64,000 nt of DNA from Eledone cirrhosa (taxonomy: Eukaryota), in NCBI GenBank assembly GCA_964016885.1, contig OZ024741.1, positions 68,076,001 to 68,140,000 of the forward strand, read 5' to 3'. Made by a program: the position numbers and the translations under genes. Each line of letters opens with the position of its first letter. Position 1 is the first letter of the stretch. Shown here piece after piece: positions 25,491-36,167 of the stretch. Below the pieces are notes generated by a model. The model made no database searches. It was not told the DNA's origin and worked only from the letters and a program-made list of their open reading frames with translations.

Positions 25491-25854
25491 CAACTGACTT
25501 CTTTCCCCTGCCTGGTGGCTGGGGCGAAAGAGCCTGTATGGTAGAGGCAACTGAAAGGACGGCAGATAGACTCTTTTCTCTTCGGCCAAGCCCTCATCGA
25601 CTTTTAAAAAGGAAGGGGGGAGTACTGCCCCCAGGTATGTGAATGTTGCGAGGATGACTCGCATACTTTGAGCATCAGCCTGTAAGCTTGTGAGTTCAGA
25701 GAGGCATGGAGCACCTTGAGCTGATGCTCTTGGTGATAAGGGTAGTTTCGCATCTGTGAGCCTCCTAAAATGCCCATACAATCAACCAATATTTATTATT
25801 TCAAATGAAACAATAGAACACAGAGAAATATGTGCACATACATAAACCATATTA

Positions 25855-26215
25855 AGATAATGGTTTCTACTTTAGACACAAGGCCAGCAATTTGAGGGGA
25901 AGGGGATAGTCGATTAAATCGGCCCCAGTGCATTATTTTATCGACCGTGTAAGGATGAAAAGCAAAGTTAACCTCGGCGGGATTTGAACTCAGATCATAA
26001 AGAGCTGTAACTCTATGCAACAAAGCATGGCGTCCGACGCTCTACCGATACTGCCAATCCGCTGCCGTCAAAACCATATTGAAATAATTGTTAAAATAAT
26101 TGTTTCTACTTTTGGCACAAGGCCAGCAAATACCCAGTACATTACTGGTACTTTATTTTATCGACCCCGTAAGGATGAAAGGCAAAGTTAACCTCGGCGG
26201 GATTTGAACTCAGAA
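25855..26215 (-). mobile_element. Two SINE copies/fragments (same family as 18410 and 35958)
   Basis: Reverse complement of the SINE: CGACCCCGTAAGGATGAAAGGCAAAGTTAACCTCGGCGGGATTTGAACTCAG appears twice. Confidence 0.85.
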
Positions 26216-26219
26216 TGGC

Positions 26220-26355
26220 AATCGCGTCCTGAATTGCCTGACTCTTACATTCAGTTCTTTTGTAACCATTCTTTGGAATGTGGTCTTCGGTCTTTGCCTA
26301 TTACGGCGACCTCCTGGTAGTTGATGTAGCAGAAATCCGGCATCCAATTAGTAAC
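26220..26355 (-). pseudogene. Probable RTE C-terminal fragment
   Basis: Minus-strand translation LPGGRRNRQRPKTTF resembles the RTE G.R..GRP..TW motif. Confidence 0.45.
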
Positions 26356-27188
26356 TTCCATGCTAGGAGCATATACGATATGTTTATGTATAATAAACAC
26401 CCTTTTAGCCTCGAAGGTGCGAGCTTCACAAGCTGAAATGGCTCTTCTAATGCGTCTCCCTTACCATCCGCAACGCCTTCTCTATTCTGTCCGCCAGTAC
26501 CGCGGGGCGGCCAGCGCGTGGGCTCCACTTTGAATAATAATAGTGAGAGATGGGATGAGCAAGAGAGACGGAAGCAGTGGTGGTGATGGTGGTGGTGGTG
26601 GTGGTGGTGGTGGTGGTGGTGGTGGTGGTGGTGGTGGTGATGGCGTCGGTGGTGGTGGTGGACTTCATTCAGTGTCGTAGTTGTAATAACAACATCTAAC
26701 AGTGCTGTGCTATTGGTAATGTAGATAGTGATGATTGCTTGAGATGGCCAAGGTGTGGTTCAGATAGGATACTAGTATTGACGATAGGAGTTGTTCATAT
26801 GTTACTATTTTTAGTTTCCGTTGTTTTGTTGATGTGGTGGCTCTTGTTATGTTGTTGTTGGTGGTGGTGGTGGTGTTGCTGTTGTTGTTGTTGTTGCTGT
26901 TGCTGTTGTTGTTGCAGCTGCTGTTGTTGTTGCATTACTGTTGTTGATAAATACATATTGCTACAAAGGAAACTATTAAGGAGGCGTTAGTAAATATCAA
27001 TGGCGCTTTTCTCTCCAATGATAAGCAATGTCCATAGGAAAATTACCATGAACATCAGGATCATCATCACCGCTATTGTCTTTTCCACTGCCGCCATTAC
27101 CATCATCATCATTATAGTCATTTTGATATATAAGTGTGGGTAGGTGAGTATGTGCATGTGTGTGTGTTTTTCTGTGTGTGTGTGTGTG

Positions 27189-27290
<102 letters not shown>

Positions 27291-27359
27291 CATGTGTGTG
27301 CGTGTGTGTGTGTGTTTGTGTGCATGTATGTGTATTTAAGTGTCCGTATATACAGTATG

Positions 27360-27707
27360 CGAGGGTCGGCAAAAATGTTCATAGGCTGAATATGAACTAT
27401 TGATGACAGGGCTGTCAAATCTTGCATGCATTAATTTCAACTCTTCCTATTAATATATTGATAACTACATTGTTTCTTTCCAGGGTCTATGTTGAAAAAT
27501 ATACCTCATCTGGTCATTCCATGAGAGTATCTTGGACAGCTTATGAAGGAGTGATGCTAGAGCTGTGAAATCTTCCATGCATTAATTTCAACTCTTCTTA
27601 TTAATAATTACTTTGTTTCTTTCCAGGGACTACGTTGAAAAATAAACCTCATTTGATCATTCCATGAGAGTATCTTAGTCAACCTATGACCTTTCAGCCT
27701 ACACTCG
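27360..27707. mobile_element. Mariner-type MITE with internal ~150-bp duplication
   Basis: Imperfect TIRs CGAGGGTCGGCAAAAATGTTCATAGGCTGA ... TCAACCTATGACCTTTCAGCCTACACTCG|TA. Confidence 0.7.
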
Positions 27708-28493
27708 TATATACGTATGTATGTGTATATACAGATATACAGGATGATTGCAGCATCTTAACAGACGATTGCCGTCTCTTCTTGTTACTTCATTGTCGTC
27801 TTTTCTTCGACCATGACTTCGTAGATGACCATTTTGATCAGCTGCAGATCTGCACGGTTTATAACACAAGTTGCACACATACATGCATACATACGTACAT
27901 ACATACATTCATACATACATGCATACATACATACATTGCGTACGTACGTATGTACGTACGCACATACATACATACATACATATGTGTATGTATGTATGCA
28001 TAGAAGATCCCGTTAAGGGTGAAAGCAGCGATTCGTTGCTTAAACTTTAATCTGTTATTTTAATAAATATGTATATATATATATATATACGATACGGTAT
28101 TTGGATATATATACAGTATGTATAGGTATATACATAAGTATCCGCATATATAGTATGTATGAATATGTAAGTATACATATATATATAAATTGAAACAAAA
28201 TGAAAACGAAATTTCATTTCTCACTCTTAGTATGGCACTTACTTAAATGTAAGTATGCATGTATACGTACATACATATATGTATACAGACGCACAGCAGC
28301 ATGCACATACATATATATATATACATATACACACACATATGCATACAGGTACACATACATATATGCTCGTATCAGTTTAGCGGCGCTTATTATAACGTCG
28401 CTTTGTTCGTTTGTAAACAAACTGAACAGCCTGAATTTATGCCATACGGTGTTAAGGCAACCACGTCACCTTTTTGTTCAACACTGACACAGG

Positions 28494-28538
28494 AACGATG
28501 TACTAGTTTCAAGCTTGTTAGCTATCATCAGCACCGTT
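28494..28538 (-). ncRNA. Minimal type I hammerhead (unit 1)
   Basis: Minus strand AACGGTG-CTGATGA-T AGCT AACA AGCT T-GAAA-CTAG-TA-CATCGTT. Confidence 0.88.
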
Positions 28539-28964
28539 TACCCATCTGCCAGATAGTTGAACGTTCGAAAGTATATACTTTCCTCGTGAAAATTAAGGCT
28601 GAGCAGCCTAATTTGCATATTGAGTGAGTTAAATCGGTCAGGCATACCGAAAACGATAAATTGAAACAAAATGAAAACGAAATTTCATTTCTCACTCTTA
28701 GTATGGCACTTACTTAAATGTAAGTATGCATGTATACGTACATACATATATGTATACAGACGCACAGCAGCATGCACATACATATATATATATACATATA
28801 CACACACATATGCATACAGGTACACATACATATATGCACGTATCAGTTTAGCGGCGCTTATTATAACGTCGCTTTGTTCATTTGTAAACAAACTGAACAG
28901 CCTGAATTTATGCCATACGGTGTTAAGGCAACCACGTCACCTTTTTGTTCAACACTGACACAGG

Positions 28965-29009
28965 AACGATGTACTAGTTTCAAGCTTGTTAGCTATCATC
29001 AGCACCGTT
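28965..29009 (-). ncRNA. Minimal type I hammerhead (unit 2)
   Basis: Identical to unit 1, +471. Confidence 0.88.
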
Positions 29010-29435
29010 TACCCATCTGCCAGATAGTTGAACGTTCGAAAGTATATACTTTCCTTATGAAAATTAAGGCTGAGCAGCCTAATTTGCATATTGAGTGAGT
29101 TAAATCGGTCAGGCATACCGAAAACGATAAATTGAAACAAAATGAAAACGAAATTTCATTTCTCACTCTTAGTATGGCACTTACTTAAATGTAAGTATGC
29201 ATGTATACGTACATACATATATGTATACAGACGCACAGCAGCATGCACATACATATATATATATACATATACACACACATATGCATACAGGTACACATAC
29301 ATATATGCACGTATCAGTTTAGCGGCGCTTATTATAACGTCGCTTTGTTCGTTTGTAAACAAACTGAACAGCCTGAATTTATGCCATACGGTGTTAAGGC
29401 AACCACGTCACCTTTTTGTTCAACACTGACACAGG

Positions 29436-29480
29436 AACGATGTACTAGTTTCAAGCTTGTTAGCTATCATCAGCACCGTT
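29436..29480 (-). ncRNA. Minimal type I hammerhead (unit 3)
   Basis: Identical to unit 1, +942. Confidence 0.88.
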
Positions 29481-29865
29481 TACCCATCTGCCAGATAGTT
29501 GAACGTTCGAAAGTATATACTTTCCTTATGAAAATTAAGGCTGAGCAGCCTAATTTGCATATTGAGTGAGTTAAATCGGTCAGGCATACCGAAAACGATA
29601 AATTGAAACAAAATGAAAACGTTCCTGTGTCAGTGTTGAACAAAAAGGTGACGTGGTTGCCTTAACACCGTATGGCATAAATTCAGGCTGTTCAGTTTGT
29701 TTACAAACGAACAAAGCGACGTTATAATAAGCGCCGCTAAACTGATACGTGCATATATGTATGTGTACCTGTATGCATATGTGTGTGTATATGTATATAT
29801 ATATATGTATGTGCATGCTGCTGTGCGTCTGTATACATATATGTATGTACGTATACATGCATACT

Positions 29866-29938
<73 letters not shown>

Positions 29939-30291
29939 ATTATGTGTGTGTGTGTGTGTTCATTGTACGTCTATGTTTATATATATCTGTACATGTGTGT
30001 GGGTATGTATTTACATCTTCATCCCAACAAAGATATGTTGAAATTACTCAGCAAACTAGTTTTGTACTTTATCACTTCTCCTTCGATCTTTGCTCTAAAC
30101 ACACCCGACAACCACCCATCCATATTCACTCTTCGGTATTCATAATTAAATCACATCAAAAAAACATAACAGGAAGCTAGAATGAATCACCCACCAACCC
30201 ACATCTTTTATATATCCAGTCACTCTTACTCCTACATACACAAATAAAGAAATATTAATATCTTCGTATACACAGACTCATACATGGAGAC

Positions 30292-30370
<79 letters not shown>

Positions 30371-30786
30371 AATAAATTATCGAGAATCGGAACTTCGGCC
30401 AACGAAATAACGAAACACAATCTTCGAAATGTGCGGCAAAGTGCTCAAAAGTTCGGATAAACCAGAGCTATAACTAACGTTTAATACCAACACACTGAGA
30501 CGATGCTTAAACAATCATTCGCACAGCCAAAAATACGACCAAGAAAATTCGGGTCAGACAAATAAAAATATATATGAATGAAAAATGTACCCGGACCCCC
30601 TGGAAAGATGGTAAATTCCAGCATTTGGGTTTCTGCGGCTCCTAAATCAGTTACCGTCAGCCTACATAAAAAATATCCAGCTTCTGGTAAGATGATGAAC
30701 AAGGAAGTCATTTTTTCAACAGGCGTTTAGTTCAATAATACAATGGAAGACCGTTACTAAATCCACGTGGGGACCAGCAAGGGAGG

Positions 30787-30855
<69 letters not shown>

Positions 30856-30900
30856 TGACAAGCAAGTTTGATTTGAAATAACGAGCGAGTTTGAAAATAG

Positions 30901-31032
30901 AAATAGAAGCTTTCGCCGTATTTTTTACTAAAGAAAATTTAGCCTGATAGTAGGGTTTAAAAGCATTTCTTAGGGGGTTCTACATCCCACTATTTGGCTA
31001 AAACTTCTTTAGTCAAAAATACGACGAAAGCT

Positions 31033-31039
<7 letters not shown>
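30901..31039. repeat. ~140-bp imperfect palindrome (MITE-like foldback)
   Basis: AAATAGAAGCTTTCGCCGTATTTTTTACTAAAGAA...TTCTTTAGTCAAAAATACGACGAAAGCTTCTATTT. Confidence 0.75.
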
Positions 31040-31075
<36 letters not shown>

Positions 31076-31167
31076 GCACGCAGACACACACACACACCAC
31101 ACACACATATGTATGAAACAGTTATAGTCATGTAGAAGCCATTTCTATATTAAATATATATATATAT

Positions 31168-31803
31168 ATTAATAAAATAATGAATAAACAAAGAAACAGT
31201 TCCTTATATTAAAAAATTCCTCATTTTACGATCGTTTCTAGGATATATATGTTAGTGTTGGTATGCATATCCTATAGATCTATGTAAAATTTTTATAAAC
31301 TATCAGAGGGAATATACATACCTACACATATATATGCTGTCTTTAGAAATAATGATATTTGTTTATTGAAAAAAACCAACAAAGATTTAATACAATAGGT
31401 CTGTTTGGGAACAGGTTTTGAATTGACTAATAGAAAGATAGTGAAGGTCAAGATAGTAATATAGTAGTAAAAGAACCTTAATTTATGGGTAGAGGAAGGT
31501 AGATTTCAGTTTTGGATGGAAAGAATATTATGAATGAAAGATTATTTTAGGGATAAAAATAGGTCATATGCTGACCTCAGAAATAATTATATTGGTTTTT
31601 TTCAATAAACAAATATCATTATTTCTGAAGACAGCATATATATGTGTAGGTATGTATATTCCCTCTGATAGTTTGTAAAAATTTTACATAGATCTATAGG
31701 ATATGCATACCAACACTAACATATATATCCTAGAAACGATCGTAAAATGAGGAATTTTTTAATATAAGGAACTGTTTCTTTGTTTATTCATTATTTTATT
31801 AAT
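31168..31803. mobile_element. Inverted pair of HHR-bearing pLTR-like repeats (family of 6035-6828)
   Basis: 31168-31380 mirrored by 31592-31803; the minus-strand copy has a mutated core (CTAAAGA). Confidence 0.75.
31616..31750 (+). ncRNA. Type I hammerhead with ~100-nt stem II
   Basis: TCATTATTT-CTGAAGA-CAG CATATATATG..GGTATGTATATTC...GATATGCATACC..CATATATATC CTA-GAAA-CGATCG-TA-AAATGA. Confidence 0.65.
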
Positions 31804-31924
31804 TTATCTTGACTCCGTTAATTTTCACCGAAAAAAATTTTTGAATATATCTTCTCTTTTCATGATATTCGGATTACATTGAGTTCTTCATACGGATTGG
31901 ACACTACCGTACATTTTGGTAGAT

Positions 31925-32462
<538 letters not shown>

Positions 32463-32603
32463 GTGTGAGTGTGTGTGTGCGTGTGATGGCTGCAATATAA
32501 CAGGAAGCATATGTATATATATATATATATATACATATGCTTCCAAACAAAATGGCGTAGGATAGAAGAAAGGAAAGGCACAGAAACGAAGAAAGAAATC
32601 CCC

Positions 32604-32648
32604 AGTCACTGAAGAGGTCACAGAGTGTGTGACGAAAGAACTATGACT
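32604..32648 (+). ncRNA. Minimal type I hammerhead (solo, possibly degenerate)
   Basis: AGTCA-CTGAAGA-G GTCACA GAGTG TGTGAC-GAAA-GAAC-TA-TGACT, followed directly by (TA)n. Confidence 0.7.
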
Positions 32649-32801
32649 ATATATATATATAAACAACTATCTGGTTGTGGAACCAACCAACCAACCAGAA
32701 ATTTATAAATTTGTAAATTTATAAATATATATTAAATTAAATTGAAGTGAAAGCAACTGGTGCGTGTGTTTCTTATTGGCAACATGACCCTCCCAAAGTA
32801 T

Positions 32802-32859
<58 letters not shown>

Positions 32860-33114
32860 CTATTAGCTTTCTCCAATTATGTATTTATATATATATATAT
32901 ATATACAGAGACAGACAGTGACTCCCCCTATGCACACAAAGAATAAGTTATGAAACCAGATAGACGAGTGACTACACTTAGTCAATCTTTTTAGCTAGCC
33001 ACCTTACAAATTTAGTGAAGGAACCAGGCAGTCATCATCCAAGTTAGTCAACCAGTCAGCTAACCAGCCAATAGACTAAACAATGTGTTGACAAACCAGT
33101 CATTTAGGCGATCA

Positions 33115-33250
33115 AATGGCAGAGTCGTTAAAACGTTGGATATATTGTTTGAGGTATTCGTTCCGACTCTCTCTTTTGGGGGTTCATATCCCATCATGGG
33201 CAACTTTGGCTTTCATACTTTCGAGGTCGATATATAAAAGTACCAGTTCA
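33115..33250 (+). mobile_element. Old diverged SINE
   Basis: TGGCAGAGTCGTTA...GGTTCATATCCC...CTTTGGCTTTCATACTTTCGAGGTCGATA..AAGTACCAGT. Confidence 0.6.
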
Positions 33251-33735
33251 TATTCTCATTCTTTCTTTCACTCTTTCTTTCTAAGGAATAAATCAACTGT
33301 GTTCAGACCTGGAGATGGGATGGTCCCTTTTTAGGTGTTTTAAAAATGCAAAATGCTCAGGATATAGTACATCACGTCAACGCCCTACAACTCCACCAGC
33401 CTGCTAGAAATAGCAGCCTAATTTTACTCAATTAATACGCTTGTATCTTTAAAAAAATAAAAGGAATGGCACATTAGAAACTGCGCTTCTAGATATAGAA
33501 TGAGCAGACGATAGCCATAGCAGGACATCGTACATCAACACTGCCCTTATACTCCAGCCGGCTAGAAATAGCAGCCTAATTTTACTCAATTCATACAACT
33601 CCACCATCCCACATACATATATGTATGCATATACATATATATATATATGTATGCATATACATATGTATATACATATGTATGCATATACATATACTCATAT
33701 GCATCCATATATGCATATATGTATGTATGTAGGCC

Positions 33736-33767
<32 letters not shown>

Positions 33768-34689
33768 TGTATGTATGTATGTATGTATGTATGTATGTAT
33801 GTATGTATGTATGTATGGAGGGCTATATGTATATCGCATGGTCGGGTCGTCGGCGACTAAACCGGCAACCCCACCAAGTTTACTTGATGAGGAGGGTGAT
33901 TTGGGCACCCTGCAGGACAAAAAACAAAATCTGACAAAGGGCGGAAGAACTCAAAAGAGTCAATGGCCATCCAAAAGTGTGTAAATATGTATATATACAC
34001 ATGTACATGTGTATGTGTATGTATATGTATATGTGTGTATACATGGGTGCATGTGCATGTATATGCGCGGGGACATAGAAATAGTCGGGCTGGACACCCG
34101 ATCGCGCGGTTAAACCACTGGGAGTGAAGGATCCCTAGCCTTTGTCAGGGAATTCTTCTAGGAGAAGGCAACTCAGGCAACTGGGATAACTCTGATATTA
34201 AACCTGCTGCTCAGTAGTTACCGATGATGTTGATCTTTTCTTCTTTTCAGGTTATAGCTACTGTCGCTCAGAGAGTGGGATTGGCACAGTGCACAGTCTT
34301 TCCTCACTTTAAAAAATATCTTCATGCAGACGCATTTCTCGATAGAATTAATTAATAATTATTAATAATGGTATATCGTGCAATGGCCATACTCGATAAC
34401 GAGGGGGCAGCCATCATCATGTATGTATGTTCTGGTTTTTTAATTTCACAAAGTTTATCAATAGAGTGAGAGTCGGTCTCTAACATAGAGACAAGACTCT
34501 CTCATTGGAATTTACACAACATCAACTAGGTAGATATGTATGTATGCATGCATGTGTAGATATGGATCTTATTGTATGTGTGGATGTGGATGTTTTGAGT
34601 TGTATGTGTGCATGTGTATATGCTTTGTATCTGTACATGTGTTTATGCAGTTATTAGATGCAAAATGTGGAATGTTTTACATATTTTTA

Positions 34690-35936
34690 CTGTTCCATTA
34701 ATGGATTGTACTTGTAATTTCCTAACTAGTTGTGTTCTTTCTGTTCCTGTGAAGCCTAGCTTCTCAAGATTTGTATTGTCAGTGTTATATCAGGTCTATT
34801 TGCATCTATTTTGCGGTCTGTTTGGATGCTAAATTTCCACAAGATTGAGATGTGATCTATTTTCAAGTATCTTTTTCAATACTTTTGATGGGGCAGTTCA
34901 AAATGCTTACACATTATCCAATGTATGTATTGTGCTGCTCTGTCATGCCTGTTTAGGTATTCGGTTAGAGCTATAGGACTGCACATTGAAATTATATGAT
35001 CAAGGTCTCTGGTTGTTTTTTACATACACGGCATAATGGGTTGCATCCATTTTTTATTATGTTGGCTTGGGAATTTTTTGTTGGCAGACACTGATCTTGT
35101 GTTCATATAATCAGTCCTTCAGTCTCCGATTTTAGTCCAGAGGATGCCAACCACTGATGGGTTAAAGTTTTGTCAACATCAGGATTGTTAACTCTTTCTG
35201 AGTATTTTCCATACAGAGCCTTTTCTTGCCATTTCTTAGCCAGTTTCTGTAGCAGTTCTTTCTTTGCAGTTACTTTTACCTGCTTTGCTTTTTCAGTGTT
35301 TTCCATTTCAGCAGTAAATGGGACTTCTGAAATTTGTAGTCCATAACTGAAACTTTGTGCATCTTTTGTAATGGAGTATGATCTTTTGATGCTTTCGTGT
35401 TTCAAAACGAGTTTGATCATCCAATGTGATTCCTTTAGATATGTAGATAATTCAATTGTTGCAGTTTTCAACGCAATATCTCACTGGATTAACCCACGTC
35501 CTCCTTCTTTCCTATCTATATCTGCCTTAGGGTGATGCATTCTGTGCATGGTTAAGAATTTTCTAATTTTTGTATCGAGCCTACGGATCTCTGTGCTTCA
35601 CCAGTTGATGACATTGTAACTGTAGGTTACTACTGGTATGGCAAGCGTGATTATGGCATCGATCCTATTCCTTGCATTCAATTCGGTTCTTAAGATTGCT
35701 CTTACTCTGCGGTAACATTCCTTCCTTATCCTTTCCCTCATTGTCGAGTGCTTGATTCCGTCTCCTTCACAAACACCTAGATATTTGTAAGTTTCCTCTT
35801 GATCAAGTTCTCTTATCACATTCCTCCGATCAAGATTAATATCTGAACTTTTCAGCAGCTTTCCTCTGGTGAACATTGCTTTGGCGCATTAAACTAGTCC
35901 AAACTCCATTTTAATGTCATCACTGAACTGCTCCAC
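34690..35936 (-). mobile_element. Decayed 5'-truncated Dong/R4-like element (family B)
   Basis: ORF fragments 35103-35471 and 35598-35876 nearly match the 48664-52314 protein; left boundary approximate. Confidence 0.85.
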
Positions 35937-35957
35937 AGGGGTTATTATTATTATTAT

Positions 35958-36147
35958 AGGGGCGGTGGATTGGCAGTATCGGTAGAGGGTCGGACGCCAT
36001 GCTTTCCAGCATAGTTACGTCCCTTTACGATCTGAGTTCAAAACCCGCCGAGGTTGACTTTGCCTTTCATCCTTACGGGGTTGATAAAATAAAGTACCAG
36101 TAATGCATTGGGTGATTGCTGGCCTTGTGCCTAAAGTAGAAACAATT
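35958..36147 (+). mobile_element. tRNA-derived SINE in (TTA)n
   Basis: A/B boxes and conserved central domain; (TTA)n on both sides. Confidence 0.88.
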
Positions 36148-36167
36148 ATTATTATTATTATTATTGT

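Larger units (their letters stand above)
28187..29870 (-). mobile_element. Retrozyme-like tandem repeat: 3 x 471-bp units plus an inverted partial unit (29620-29870)
   Basis: Exact 471-bp period (28200/28671/29142), near-identical units, one minimal HHR per unit, (TA)n flanks, no real ORF. Confidence 0.88.

Noticed and set aside
28546-28585. Possible second, opposite-polarity hammerhead (GAAAGTATATACTTTC) that would make the unit viroid-like
   Set aside because: It is only a palindromic hairpin; there is no CUGANGA core (CTGCCAGA) and no stem I
28200-29569. Repeated 95-aa and 122-aa ORFs in the 471-bp units
   Set aside because: Low complexity, not preserved in the diverged subfamily at 1145-2530; the conserved feature is the RNA fold
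33836-34210. GC-rich structured island resembling a LINE/SINE UTR with a possible HDV-like fold
   Set aside because: Could not identify P2 or the catalytic J4/2; left as an unclassified repeat fragment
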